Source of the DNA: a virus
Lineage: Duplodnaviria; Heunggongvirae; Uroviricota; Caudoviricetes
Virus record (IMG/VR): IMGVR_UViG_2718218136_000001
DNA: 64,000 nt
Reading direction: 5' to 3' (one strand)
Both the position numbers and the translations under genes were made by a program. A model generated the notes under the pieces. That model did not search any database. It was not told the origin of the DNA and was given only the letters and a program-made list of their open reading frames with translations. Shown in pieces: positions 35,847-46,199 of this stretch (the first letter of the stretch is position 1; every line of letters begins with the position of its first letter).

Positions 35847-35915
35847 CGTTTTCTAAGTGCAAAGAATCACCATTTCGAGCTGGTGATTGAAGGTTGATGC
35901 AAATTTGGAGAAAAA

Positions 35916-36716
35916 ATGCAACAAACATTCAATGCGGATATGAATATATCAAACCTTCATCAAAATGTCGATCCTTCAACCACCCTGCCTGTTATTTGTG
36001 GTGTTGAAATTACGACCGACCGCGCTGGCCGTTATAACCTTAATGCTCTACACAGAGCGAGCGGACTCGGTGCCCATAAAGCGCCAGCTCAATGGCTAAG
36101 AACGCTGTCAGCCAAACAGCTCATCGAAGAGCTTGAAAAAGAAACTATGCAGAATTGCATAGTTTCGTTCGAAGGCCGTGGCGGCGGCACTTTTGCCCAT
36201 GAATTGCTCGCAGTGGAGTACGCTGGTTGGATTTCTCCCGCGTTTCGGCTGAAGGTAAACCAGACATTTATCGACTATCGAGCTGGAAGATTACAACCTG
36301 CTATTCCGAAGAGCCTCCCAGAAGCTCTCCGTTTGGCTGCTGACCTGGCAGAGCAAAAGCAACGGCTGGAGCAAAAAATGCTGATGGATGCACCTAAAGT
36401 CGAATTCGCCGAACGCGTTGCTACCGCCAGCGGGGTTCTAATCGGCAACTATGCCAAAGTGCTCGGCCTGGGCCAAAACTATCTCTTCACCTGGTTGCGT
36501 GATAACGGAATTCTGATCGCAACCGGTGAACGCAGAAACGTCCCCAAACAAGAATACATATCCCGTGGGTATTTCACCCTTAAAGAAACCGTGATCGATA
36601 CAAGCAATGGAAGCAGGATTTCTTTCACGACTCGTATAACCGGCAAAGGTCAGCAGTGGCTGATGAAGCGATTGCTTGATGCTGGTGTGCTGGTACCTGT
36701 CGCGGCAACGCGCTAA
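35916..36716 (+). CDS. kilA: KilA (KilA-N domain + KilA-C domain, 266 aa)
   Basis: KilA-N-like N-terminus (GRYNLNALHRASG...WISPAFRL); C-terminus paralogous to Ant. Confidence 0.6.
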   Translation: MQQTFNADMNISNLHQNVDPSTTLPVICGVEITTDRAGRYNLNALHRASGLGAHKAPAQWLRTLSAKQLIEELEKETMQNCIVSFEGRGGGTFAHELLAVEYAGWISPAFRLKVNQTFIDYRAGRLQPAIPKSLPEALRLAADLAEQKQRLEQKMLMDAPKVEFAERVATASGVLIGNYAKVLGLGQNYLFTWLRDNGILIATGERRNVPKQEYISRGYFTLKETVIDTSNGSRISFTTRITGKGQQWLMKRLLDAGVLVPVAATR

Positions 36717-36745
36717 CAGACGTAGTAAGAACCACCAGCATTGTA

Positions 36746-37591
36746 ATGCTGGCTAAAGTCACTTTCCTGAGCTGTATAACGATGAGCGATTTTACTTTTT
36801 CTGGCTATGAATTGGCCTGCTTTGTAACACACTCCGGTCTATCCCGTAGCGCCGGGCATATCCTGTCGCAATGTGCAAATCTCGCGGCAACAACCAGTGA
36901 ATACTTCATTCACAAGCCTCACCGCCTGATCGCGGCAGAAACTGGTTATAGCCAATCAACCGTCGTTCGTGCATTCCGTGAAGCTGTAAACAAAGGAATT
37001 CTGTCTGTAGAGATTGTTATCGGCGATCACCGTGAACGTCGCGCTAACCTGTACCGGTTTACACCATCCTTTTTGGCCTTCGCACAACAAGCCAAAAATG
37101 CGCTGATTGAAAGCAAATTAAAGATCTCTTCAGCGGCAACCAAGGTTAAAGCTGTTCTCGCTAAGACATTGGCTTTATTTAATTTTTTATCCACACCCCC
37201 ATGTCAAAATGATACCCCCTCCCCCTGTCAGGATGACGTGGCAATAAAGAATAAGAAGTCACAAGTTAAAAAAACAAAAAGATCAGTTTCCGGCGGTGCC
37301 GGAACGACCAGACTCAAAAAATTGACTTCATGGATCGCTGAGGCAAAAGCAAAGGCTGACAATCTGCGGTTATCCAAAAAACGCGCTCAAAAACATGAGT
37401 TCAAGCAGAAAGTAGAGGCGGCAGCGCGGAAATATGCTTACCTGAAGGACAAGCGTTCTCCTGATATTGGCGGGATATCAAACTTCGATAATCTGCCGCA
37501 TTGCATGACGGTAAACGAAGCTCTTAATGCGGTTTTAGCCAAAAATAAAGATAACGAACAATGGGGTATACCGGCAGGATTCAGAGGGTGA
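36746..37591 (+). CDS. repL: lytic replication protein RepL-like (281 aa)
   Basis: Position after kilA under the same operator; size. Confidence 0.5.
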   Translation: MLAKVTFLSCITMSDFTFSGYELACFVTHSGLSRSAGHILSQCANLAATTSEYFIHKPHRLIAAETGYSQSTVVRAFREAVNKGILSVEIVIGDHRERRANLYRFTPSFLAFAQQAKNALIESKLKISSAATKVKAVLAKTLALFNFLSTPPCQNDTPSPCQDDVAIKNKKSQVKKTKRSVSGGAGTTRLKKLTSWIAEAKAKADNLRLSKKRAQKHEFKQKVEAAARKYAYLKDKRSPDIGGISNFDNLPHCMTVNEALNAVLAKNKDNEQWGIPAGFRG

Positions 37592-37641
37592 TAGATTGCT
37601 CTAATCTGGAGTCACCTGGCGTTTTCAGTTTGAGGTCGGAG

Positions 37642-37887
37642 ATGCAATCTGATTTTTTACAGTTAGCGATCGCTTTTGCAGGATATGTTTGTATTGGCTT
37701 CTGTGTATACATGATCAGCCGAAAAATGCTTGTCGATATCGACCGCAAAGAACAAGCAGAGGAGATCTTAGTATGGATTTTCTTTGGCGCGGTCTGGCCA
37801 TTAGGGATCATGTTTGCTGCAACATTTCTTCTGATGTGGATATTCACCCTTCCAGGTGATTTCTATAGAAAAAAAGCCAGACATTGA
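37642..37887 (+). CDS. small membrane protein (~81 aa, two hydrophobic helices)
   Basis: Internal ATG of ORF 37561..37887. Confidence 0.3.
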   Translation: MQSDFLQLAIAFAGYVCIGFCVYMISRKMLVDIDRKEQAEEILVWIFFGAVWPLGIMFAATFLLMWIFTLPGDFYRKKARH

Positions 37888-38010
37888 TACAATCGTTGCG
37901 GGTGCTTGAGGCTATCTGCTTCAGGCATTACCCGAAAAGCAGATAGAAGAAAGCCCCAGATAACATTACGCGTCCTGCAAGACGCTTAACATTAATCTGA
38001 GGCCATATCT

Positions 38011-38217
38011 ATGCTTAGCATACGTAGATTAGCCTCTTACCGACCAAAAGGTCAAGGAGAAGCAGGCTATGAAGCAGCAAAAAGCGATGTTAATCGCTCT
38101 GATCGTCATCTGTTTAACCGTCATTGTGACGGCACTGGTAACGAGGAAAGACCTCTGCGAGGTACGAATCCGAACCGGCCAGACGGAGGTCACTGTCTTC
38201 ACAGCCTACGAATCTGA
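38011..38217 (+). CDS. Mok-like overlapping reading frame (68 aa)
   Basis: Overlaps hok in another frame and ends 7 nt before hok stop. Confidence 0.4.
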   Translation: MLSIRRLASYRPKGQGEAGYEAAKSDVNRSDRHLFNRHCDGTGNEERPLRGTNPNRPDGGHCLHSLRI

Positions 38218-38224
38218 AAGGTAA
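38069..38224 (+). CDS. hok: Hok/Gef-family type I toxin (51 aa: MKQQKAMLIALIVICLTVIVTALVTRKDLCEVRIRTGQTEVTVFTAYESER)
   Basis: Hand translation; conserved LTRK.LCE.R...TEV..F.AYES Hok signature; below 60-aa ORF-track cutoff. Confidence 0.8.
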   Translation: MKQQKAMLIALIVICLTVIVTALVTRKDLCEVRIRTGQTEVTVFTAYESER

Positions 38225-38298
38225 GAGACCTGGCGGGGAGAGATCCCTGCCACTCTTCGTGTGTCAGGTATCCTCAATGCACCCTTTCCTCTCCAAAT

Positions 38299-38322
38299 AA
38301 AAAAGCTCCCGAAGGAGCTTTA
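38299..38322. terminator. bidirectional intrinsic terminator aaaaagctcc-cgaa-ggagcttt
   Basis: Hairpin flanked by A-run and T-run. Confidence 0.5.
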
Positions 38323-38340
38323 AAATACAAGGGATGACTC

Positions 38341-38850
38341 TTAAGCCCACTCAATCCAGTTGTAGACGATACGAAGTGACGGGCGCACAGCGGCAGTCAC
38401 ATCTTCGGTACTAAAGTCGATTGCATCACTGTAGATTTTGCAGTCCAACATTTCAATTGTTGTAGCAGCTTTTGTCACAGCGTTAACCCCGGAAGATTTG
38501 GATTCAGGGGTCGCAGCCATCGTGATATCAACATAGTCCTTCGCCGCAATGCGATCTTTAATGAACTGAAGAATATCGCCTTCGATAGTCTCCACGCACT
38601 GGACCTGGATTTCCCCAGAGTTTCGAATTGGACCGTGCTGGTTGAACTTCACACCATTCGGACCATAGTCCTCCACATCCTCGCGGGTCATTTCAGGAAT
38701 TTGCGACGTGCGAACCAGTACGCTGATATCTTCATGGCCTGCAAAAGTGAGCTGGAATTCAGAAGATACCAGTCGTTCGCCTTTGGCCGCGTTGGCAGTA
38801 TAGCGGCCCTTAATAAATTTACGGTTTCCCTTAGTGTTATTGTGCCCCAT
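38341..38850 (-). CDS. hypothetical phage structural protein (169 aa)
   Basis: ORF track. Confidence 0.35.
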   Translation of the reverse strand: MGHNNTKGNRKFIKGRYTANAAKGERLVSSEFQLTFAGHEDISVLVRTSQIPEMTREDVEDYGPNGVKFNQHGPIRNSGEIQVQCVETIEGDILQFIKDRIAAKDYVDITMAATPESKSSGVNAVTKAATTIEMLDCKIYSDAIDFSTEDVTAAVRPSLRIVYNWIEWA

Positions 38851-38861
38851 ATAAAATCCTT

Positions 38862-39443
38862 TTACTGGAACGCCCGAACAATATCGGAGCTGTTATATAT
38901 CGAAGAACCGGTCAACTGGAGGTTGACGGTGTTTTTCAGGAAATGCCCATTGCTGTCCCTGGGCGCATCGAGATCGAAACTTATGTCCTGGATAGCGACA
39001 TCAATGATGTTGATCCGGCGACCAATGTTTAGCGTCACACGCTCCGGGATTCGACCACCAATACTGGCATCTTTAAGTTCCGGGCTAATCATCGCTGACA
39101 ATGCGGCGATAGCTCCTGAAACCTCCGTGAATGGGTCAAACAAAGCGATGAAAGTTACTGGCAGCGTGAAAGTCGGCGGTGTTCCCCCCTCCCAAACCAT
39201 TAAGCTGTTCCAACGGGCCACCGACGTTGTTTCAGTACCAACCTGCGCAAAACCACTGAAAGCACCAGCAACAGACCCCATGGACATACCGGTAAACGGC
39301 GCTTCCCAATTCTGGGCCATGTTCATTGCTGCCCCCTGGCTGATATATCCGGTAACCTGGTACTGAGAGTTCGTTAAAGTAACTTTCAGAAATGGCGATA
39401 CACCGTCAGCCTGGCTGTAAACCCCATAAGGAATAGGTGCCAT
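38862..39443 (-). CDS. hypothetical phage structural protein (193 aa)
   Basis: ORF track. Confidence 0.35.
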   Translation of the reverse strand: MAPIPYGVYSQADGVSPFLKVTLTNSQYQVTGYISQGAAMNMAQNWEAPFTGMSMGSVAGAFSGFAQVGTETTSVARWNSLMVWEGGTPPTFTLPVTFIALFDPFTEVSGAIAALSAMISPELKDASIGGRIPERVTLNIGRRINIIDVAIQDISFDLDAPRDSNGHFLKNTVNLQLTGSSIYNSSDIVRAFQ

Positions 39444-39478
39444 TCAAGTTAAAGGCCGGAGTTCTCCGGCCTCCTCCT

Positions 39479-40294
39479 TTAGCCAAGGCGCTTACGGCGC
39501 AGTTTCATTGACTTTTTGCGGGCAAGTTTTGCCGCGCCGGTCTGGGCTTTTCGACGCGCTTTTTTCAGCGCCGATTTTTGAGCCGCAGTCAGACGTTTTT
39601 TACGCAGGCGTTTACGGATGAGTTTGATCTCACCGTTACGAACAACCTTCTTAAATGCTTCAGTCAGCATTTCATCAGAAGTGCCAGCAACAACAAACGC
39701 CGCTTCCAGTTCGTCGCGGTCGTCGCTATCTAAACCAGCGATAGAGGCACCAACATCAGCAGCTGCGTCGTCGTCTTCATCGTCAGCCAGTGCTTCGATC
39801 AGGTCATCATCTACACCGCATGCTGCGAGGAAGTCAGCAACATTTGCCCATGCTTCGTTATAGGCATCGTCCTGTTCTTCTGTAACTTCGGAGTCTTCGT
39901 CATCAGAGATACCAGCGATAGCCTGAACGAAACCATCAAGGGAGTCGAAAGTCAGATCACCGCTATCAGCCCAGGCGAAAACGGCGTCGGCCGCATCACT
40001 CAACGCATTCTGCATAGCACTTCGATTTGCAGCTTCCAGAATCATCTGGTGCGCCTGTTCGACGGTCCATTCTTTACCGTCTTTCCCTTCCAGGATTTGC
40101 TCAGGAGCCGTGGCAGATGGAACGTTATCGTTAGTCTGTGCCGCCGGTTTCGGATTATTATTAATAACCGGATCTGTTGTCGGTTCGGCGCTTGCTCGGG
40201 CAGACTCCATCAACTGCACAGGATCAGAGTTCAAAGCGAAACGAGACAGTCCATTCCCCAAAAATGCCCCGGATTGAAAAAAGTTTTTGCTCAT
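39479..40294 (-). CDS. acidic protein with highly basic C-terminal tail (271 aa)
   Basis: D/E-rich body; C-terminal KLIRKRLRKKRL...KLRRKRLG. Confidence 0.4.
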   Translation of the reverse strand: MSKNFFQSGAFLGNGLSRFALNSDPVQLMESARASAEPTTDPVINNNPKPAAQTNDNVPSATAPEQILEGKDGKEWTVEQAHQMILEAANRSAMQNALSDAADAVFAWADSGDLTFDSLDGFVQAIAGISDDEDSEVTEEQDDAYNEAWANVADFLAACGVDDDLIEALADDEDDDAAADVGASIAGLDSDDRDELEAAFVVAGTSDEMLTEAFKKVVRNGEIKLIRKRLRKKRLTAAQKSALKKARRKAQTGAAKLARKKSMKLRRKRLG

Positions 40295-40303
40295 TGTATT
40301 TCC

Positions 40304-41893
40304 TTACTTAATAAGCAGCGGTACGCCCTGGATGCGACGGGCTACGCCAGTCGGGCAGCAGGCCCAGACTACTTCCCATTTATCGAATTCCGCCTGCGTA
40401 ACTTTCAGCACATACGGTTCTGTACCGTCAGCATCAGGATCACGAGGAGCCACCAGAGCGCCGGAGGCGACAAAGCGATCTAAAAGTTTGGTCATCCCTT
40501 TAGTCAGGCCAGCCGCAGTAATACCGTCCGGGCTATGCTTCATCTGTCGGGCTAACTGGACAAAGAAACGGCTGATTGCATTCATCAGGGATGGGACGTG
40601 CTGGAAGTGCAGATAGTTATCCTGCGTGCAGCAAGTTAAAGCATCATCGATGATCATCTGGCCCGAAGTACCTACAGATACTTTATTGAGTCGGCCCTTG
40701 ACCATAGCTTCTTCGTCCGGGGTGTCTTCAGGATACAGCGGCTGAAGTGATGCACGAGCTATGACGGCACGTTCTTCACCAGCCGGTGAGTAATGCCAAC
40801 CGCCGACATCGGAGTTTTTCCTGACGCCACGAGCTTTCGCCGCATACGCCGCGCCAGACAGACCGAAGACCACGCGGGATTGGGTCCATTTGTCTTTGCA
40901 GGAGAACGGGAAATGATAGACAGCACAGCTTACATAATCGGTACCAAGTAAACCGGTATCTTCAACAGCAGAGATCGCTTCCGTGTACGTCAATGTCGGT
41001 TTGACATCAAAGAAGCCATCAATCAGGCGATCAGAACAGATATTACCTAACGCAGTGATCGCCGCATTGTCATAGCACCCCAGGCCGAGAACAGCGGTGT
41101 ACATGTACGGCGCATTGTTCAGCACTTTCACCGCACGCAGGTACGCAGCGGTTGAGATTTTCGACTGATCGCCGTTGGTACCGCCAGTGAACGCCAACGA
41201 TTTTTTGTTTGTTACTTTCGCTGTCGAAATCAGCTCTTCATTAACAACCGCGCGCAGATATTTAGAACGGGCTTCCAGAGCCGTAGGCAGATAACACAAG
41301 CGGCCCATGTCATCTTTCGCTTCTTCCGCCAAAGACACAGTGTGTGTCTCCAGGGTCGTTACCACGCCGAGCGAAGTCGTCTGGGTCAGTTTTAAGAGGA
41401 AGCGTTCATTACCCGCGCTGTCCGCTGTTGCCGTTTCGATGGTTAACTCACGGGTAGGTGAAATACACGGATCACCATCATCAACGTAGATAGCAAAGGC
41501 TTCGCCACTATCAAGTTCAATTTCAGAACCGTATGGCAACGCACTGTAAGCCGGTTCGCCTGATTCATCGAACATAATAATCGGGAACTTCGCATCATCC
41601 GGAACAGCGCGAACAACATAACCAGACGTTTGCTGAATAGCTTCGTATACATGGCGAATTGGTTCGAACTGTGAGCCGGAAGACGGCTTCAGCGGTTCGC
41701 CGAGAACATCTTCGTAATTGGACTCAGTAACCGCAAGAACAGTAAACGGCTTGCCACGCGCAAATACGCCAATACCAGCCCACAAGCTGCTATTTAATGC
41801 AACACCGGTAGATAACGTCGCATCGGCATTGATCGGGCTAACAGCGACGCCGGATGCATTACCTAATGACTGTTGAATTGAATATTGAGACAT
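40304..41893 (-). CDS. major structural protein, candidate tail sheath (529 aa)
   Basis: Size and position next to capsid-like gene; no diagnostic motif. Confidence 0.35.
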   Translation of the reverse strand: MSQYSIQQSLGNASGVAVSPINADATLSTGVALNSSLWAGIGVFARGKPFTVLAVTESNYEDVLGEPLKPSSGSQFEPIRHVYEAIQQTSGYVVRAVPDDAKFPIIMFDESGEPAYSALPYGSEIELDSGEAFAIYVDDGDPCISPTRELTIETATADSAGNERFLLKLTQTTSLGVVTTLETHTVSLAEEAKDDMGRLCYLPTALEARSKYLRAVVNEELISTAKVTNKKSLAFTGGTNGDQSKISTAAYLRAVKVLNNAPYMYTAVLGLGCYDNAAITALGNICSDRLIDGFFDVKPTLTYTEAISAVEDTGLLGTDYVSCAVYHFPFSCKDKWTQSRVVFGLSGAAYAAKARGVRKNSDVGGWHYSPAGEERAVIARASLQPLYPEDTPDEEAMVKGRLNKVSVGTSGQMIIDDALTCCTQDNYLHFQHVPSLMNAISRFFVQLARQMKHSPDGITAAGLTKGMTKLLDRFVASGALVAPRDPDADGTEPYVLKVTQAEFDKWEVVWACCPTGVARRIQGVPLLIK

Positions 41894-41953
41894 AACTTTC
41901 CCTGTTATGCGCCCCGCACGGGGGCGCTATGTTAAACGGAGAACTTCCCCTGA

Positions 41954-43681
41954 TTACTCAGAGTCACCGGCATCAATCGTGTCGCCGCTTATGAAGTTAA
42001 GCCCGCCTTTTTTGGCCATTGTCAGCGTTACACGAGTGAAGTAATCAGCGCCGTTGCGTGGGTGCATATCATTGATAGCCGAACCCCACAGCGTGGTACG
42101 ATTGACCAGCGCCGGAGTGGTCGGATGCTGGAACGGGATGGCCGGGACAGCATCACCAGTCACGAAGCCTGCTTTACCCGGATTTTCATCACGGACGTAG
42201 CACAGCACATCCATCGAGCTGAACTGAATGTTCTCTGTCGTTAAGTTCTTACAAATACCAGCAGGTACTTCGTACACTTTCACGTTACCGAACAGGGTAC
42301 CGATGTAGTGAACATACGGAGTCTGGATATAGTCTTCGGCTGGCTGGAAGAAATCCTTCGGCAACTGTTTGAAGAAAGATGCTGCATCAGCACCAGCAAA
42401 CATCCCCATCGCACCAGAAGATTTAACGCGCTCAATAATGTCGCGATATACAGTCTGGAATTTGCCACGAATGATGGTTGCCCATACATCAAAGGACTGG
42501 TTAACCGGCAGAGCGATGTCAAAGGTGTCGGTCGCAAGAGTGCGCCAGATCATGATGCGAAGACGCAGCATATCCTGTTCATGAGACAGGTATTCCTTCA
42601 GGGTGCGGAACTGTAGGGAACCCAGGTCCAGACCAAATTCACGCTGTGCTTCATACGCCGCCTGTACCGTGTGCTCAGCCGCGATAACGAACTGACTTGG
42701 GAACAGGGTGTATTTCTTCATTTCGTGGTTGATCAGCGGGATCAGCTCAGGAGCGGCTTCAATATTGATTTCCGTCTCAATTGCGATCTCAGTGCCTTTA
42801 TCCGGCGCTTTGGAGAACGACAGGGCAATCTGACCAATGTTGTAGTTCAGAGAGCAGGTAACAGTGATTTGCTCACCAGCAGCATTAGTAAACGAGTGAA
42901 GTAGGCTGCCGGAACCGTTATCAACAACAGACTTAATACGGTTAACGTAGATGTTAGTGCGACCTTTTCGGATTGGTACATTCTGGCCTTCGAAGTCTTC
43001 CATCTTGAAGGTTGCGGTTTTGCTGGTGCCATCGGAGCTTGCCACCAGCACATAGCGGCGACGTAACTGGCTGTACACACCGACGGATTGCATGTCCAGA
43101 ACATCACCAGCAGCATAAGAACCAAAAGAGGAACCTGCCACGTTAAAGACTTCATAGATGTCGGACTGGTCACGCGTAACCGGAATGAAGGTACACGCAT
43201 CAGCGGTAGCTGCCCCCAACTGAACAGGTAGGATCATCGCGAGGAATAAAGGCAGACGCATAACACCGTCAGAAACGCTCATCATCTCTGCTGCGACGGA
43301 TTCCAGCATCGCTTTATTAGTGGCATCCATGCTATTGCGGGTGGACTCAATCAGGCAGTTTTCCAGCGTCTGGTGGCAGGAGGCCAGAATTTCCGGACGC
43401 GGCATAGATTTATGTGCTGCGGCGTAGTCAGCCAGTGCACTTGCCCACGCTGTAGCGATTTGAGCGGTGGCATTATCAGAGATACCCGCAAAAACCGGGT
43501 CTTTACGTGCAGCTTCAAGGATAGATGCGGCACGCGCGGCATCATCTTTAATGAATTGGTTATCAGTACCGAACTGCGCAGTGCTTGCCCAGCCAAGCAC
43601 AGCTTTAGAGCGTTTTGCGATATCTGCAATACGATTCTGGTATTCGCGTAAGTTACTCAATTTACTCTTCCTTAAACACAA
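41954..43681 (-). CDS. major structural protein, candidate major capsid precursor (575 aa)
   Basis: Size and position immediately before the par locus. Confidence 0.4.
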   Translation of the reverse strand: MCLRKSKLSNLREYQNRIADIAKRSKAVLGWASTAQFGTDNQFIKDDAARAASILEAARKDPVFAGISDNATAQIATAWASALADYAAAHKSMPRPEILASCHQTLENCLIESTRNSMDATNKAMLESVAAEMMSVSDGVMRLPLFLAMILPVQLGAATADACTFIPVTRDQSDIYEVFNVAGSSFGSYAAGDVLDMQSVGVYSQLRRRYVLVASSDGTSKTATFKMEDFEGQNVPIRKGRTNIYVNRIKSVVDNGSGSLLHSFTNAAGEQITVTCSLNYNIGQIALSFSKAPDKGTEIAIETEINIEAAPELIPLINHEMKKYTLFPSQFVIAAEHTVQAAYEAQREFGLDLGSLQFRTLKEYLSHEQDMLRLRIMIWRTLATDTFDIALPVNQSFDVWATIIRGKFQTVYRDIIERVKSSGAMGMFAGADAASFFKQLPKDFFQPAEDYIQTPYVHYIGTLFGNVKVYEVPAGICKNLTTENIQFSSMDVLCYVRDENPGKAGFVTGDAVPAIPFQHPTTPALVNRTTLWGSAINDMHPRNGADYFTRVTLTMAKKGGLNFISGDTIDAGDSE

Positions 43682-43689
43682 GGCACTTG

Positions 43690-43925
43690 TGTGAATCCCT
43701 TTTCGGAAGAGATTTTATTGAAAGTCACTTGTTGACTTTCTCGCTAAAAGTAATTTTTTAAATTTTTTGTGCGGGGGAGGGGGCAAGTAAAACAGGCGTG
43801 AAATCGTGGGAATTTCAGTCTGAAATTTTCTATGAATATCTATATATATCATATATTTATACATGAAATAGGCGCGGGACATTTTAGACAGGGGAGGGGG
43901 CTAAAGCCGCCTCCCACCAGCGGGA
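43690..43925. promoter_or_regulatory. partition site parS-like region (heptamer GTGAAAT/ATTTCAG motifs, AT-rich bend, flanking gggggagggggc repeats)
   Basis: Read directly downstream of parB. Confidence 0.5.
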
Positions 43926-44891
43926 TTATTCCCCAGCAGACATTTTCCCAATGATTTTTTTTATTGCTTCGTCAATTTCAGTTTGCACTTCAGACGGGAG
44001 TCTGGAGAACTCGTAGGCGACAACCCGTTTTTTCGGATCGGACTTCTTTCGGGCATATTGGCGACGGTCAGAGAAGTCTCGCAGCTTCTCAACCACCACA
44101 GATTTAACCGGCGCGGGCTTCAGGCTTTTGCTTTCCGCTTTGAAGATAGCCAGTATCTTCGCTTTATCCTCTTTCGCGCCCTCAGTCTCTGCAATTCGTT
44201 CGCGCACCGTATCAACCAGCTCTTCAATCGGCACGCTTTTAGCGTTAGCATCCTCGGCGATCTGGAGCAGTAACTGGTAATCTGGAAGGGCGAGATCGCT
44301 GGCTACGGGGAAGACAGCAATCATCTCATCCGGCACTGCCGCAGCCTGGAAAGCTCGCGTCACTTTAGCCTTTGAGATGTTCTCAGCTCGGGCGATCTCT
44401 TCTTTGGTCATATTCTTACCGTACATAACCTCGAAGCGTTTACCCAGCTCGCGCAGAGTGTGTTCGCGGGCTGTCTGGATATCAATGGCCAGCTGGCGGG
44501 CATCCGCCAGGCTGATCTCATCTTTCGTCACCAGAATCTCAAATTTCGTTTCATTGAAGATACACGCAGCGCGGCGACGCGATCCGTCCAATACCTCAAT
44601 GCGCTCCCCAACCATACGACCGATAGCCGGGAAGAACTGTTGCAATTTAATGGTGCGGGAAATATCGCTTACCGACTCAGGGGTGAGCAGAGACTGATCG
44701 CGGCCGTTAACTGCCGGGTCAACGAACGTGCGCGACTCAATCTCACCACTCAGCACGACGGTAAGCAAGAATTTAGCCTGGCGGCCAGATTTTAGGGTAA
44801 AGGTTTTGGTACCTTCACTGCCTTCAAGCATGCGAGCAAACTCGGAGCTATTCTTGCCCAGCACTCGTCCACGGGAAACTATTTTTTTCAT
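43926..44891 (-). CDS. parB: partition protein ParB (321 aa)
   Basis: Follows parA with overlapping stop/start; ParB-like HTH region. Confidence 0.8.
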   Translation of the reverse strand: MKKIVSRGRVLGKNSSEFARMLEGSEGTKTFTLKSGRQAKFLLTVVLSGEIESRTFVDPAVNGRDQSLLTPESVSDISRTIKLQQFFPAIGRMVGERIEVLDGSRRRAACIFNETKFEILVTKDEISLADARQLAIDIQTAREHTLRELGKRFEVMYGKNMTKEEIARAENISKAKVTRAFQAAAVPDEMIAVFPVASDLALPDYQLLLQIAEDANAKSVPIEELVDTVRERIAETEGAKEDKAKILAIFKAESKSLKPAPVKSVVVEKLRDFSDRRQYARKKSDPKKRVVAYEFSRLPSEVQTEIDEAIKKIIGKMSAGE

Positions 44892-46099
44892 GCCGCCTCA
44901 CCCCTAACAAACTCAATTCGATCAAACACAGCCTTAGTGAAACGCTCGGCCTCGGTTCGTGCCTTCTTCAGCGCCTCTGCACTGCCTGGATACGATTGCG
45001 GGTTGGCACTGATTACGGTGTCGAAAGACTCGCCGCATCGCTCAAAGCCATCCAGACGAGGCAGAGAAGAGTCCAGAATGTTGCTGGCGTAAACCTCACG
45101 CGCAAGGCTGTGTGATGTCTCGTGATCGCGCTTGCCGGTCATCTTCGACATAAAACCAATGCTGGCGCTCAAACGCGGTTCTACGCCTTCCTCCTCCAGT
45201 TGCTCCAGCATTTCTGGCAGACGGGTGAGATATTTCAGTGTTGAGTGGAAGTCAACCTGGGCTGGTGGGGTAGGGGTAAGCAGCAAATCGCTGGCCGCCA
45301 GACCGTTGAGCAGGAACGGATCCAGGTGTGGACCGGTATCAATAAAGATAAAGTCATAATCATCCGCAACACGATCAATGATATTGCGTCGAAGGATTTC
45401 GTACTGATTTTGTCCGGGAAGATGCTCTTCAACCAGCTCTTTCCATTGGCTGGCAACAAAGCCATCGTCGATAGAGGCTGGAATCACGTCTACGCCAGGA
45501 ACGATGGTCGGACGAATCACCTCTTTGCGTAGCGTCTCCGCGTCCAGGTCGTTCAGCATCGCCTGCGCGGCGGTTTCCAGGATGGAACCAATACTGTGAG
45601 TATGGTCGAGGAACATTGTGCTGGATGCCTGAGGGTCAAGGTCAATTACCAGAATGCGCAGATCGTGACGCAGTAAATCCTGATGCACACGCAGAGCGTG
45701 CGCCAACGTGACTGTGGAAACCGTTTTGGATACGCCACCCTTCAGGTTTACGACAAAAATAACGTAAGGCGATTTGTGAATGTCGCGATATTTGGGGATC
45801 TTACGGTGGGCATAGATATCAATGACGTTCTGGATGGTCAGCGCGTACTGTTCAACGTTACCGACCTGTTTCTTGTTGAACTGGTACCCATCATCTTCCA
45901 TCTCTTTGATGGCCTGCTCCACAATACGGCGGCTCAGCTTCGGCAACTTTGCCACAGCGTTACGAGTGAACGTCTGATAATACTCGGTCTGATTGAACTC
46001 TTTGCGCTGATCTTCAATATCCTGACTCATGGCCTTAAGTAATGCGCTTGCACGAAGAGCTATGGTGCCGACACCGCCGTAATCGCGTTTCATCATCAT
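44888..46099 (-). CDS. parA: partition ATPase ParA (type Ia, 403 aa)
   Basis: Deviant Walker A NLKGGVSKT; strong resemblance to P1 ParA as recalled. Confidence 0.9.
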   Translation of the reverse strand: MMMKRDYGGVGTIALRASALLKAMSQDIEDQRKEFNQTEYYQTFTRNAVAKLPKLSRRIVEQAIKEMEDDGYQFNKKQVGNVEQYALTIQNVIDIYAHRKIPKYRDIHKSPYVIFVVNLKGGVSKTVSTVTLAHALRVHQDLLRHDLRILVIDLDPQASSTMFLDHTHSIGSILETAAQAMLNDLDAETLRKEVIRPTIVPGVDVIPASIDDGFVASQWKELVEEHLPGQNQYEILRRNIIDRVADDYDFIFIDTGPHLDPFLLNGLAASDLLLTPTPPAQVDFHSTLKYLTRLPEMLEQLEEEGVEPRLSASIGFMSKMTGKRDHETSHSLAREVYASNILDSSLPRLDGFERCGESFDTVISANPQSYPGSAEALKKARTEAERFTKAVFDRIEFVRGEAA

Positions 46100-46199
46100 C
46101 TCCTTATCATTTCGTATGAGTGAATTGTACGTTTGATTCTGCTACGTGCAACTTTTTTTGATTCGTGCGTCAATTATTGCACGTAAAGAAATGGCGATG

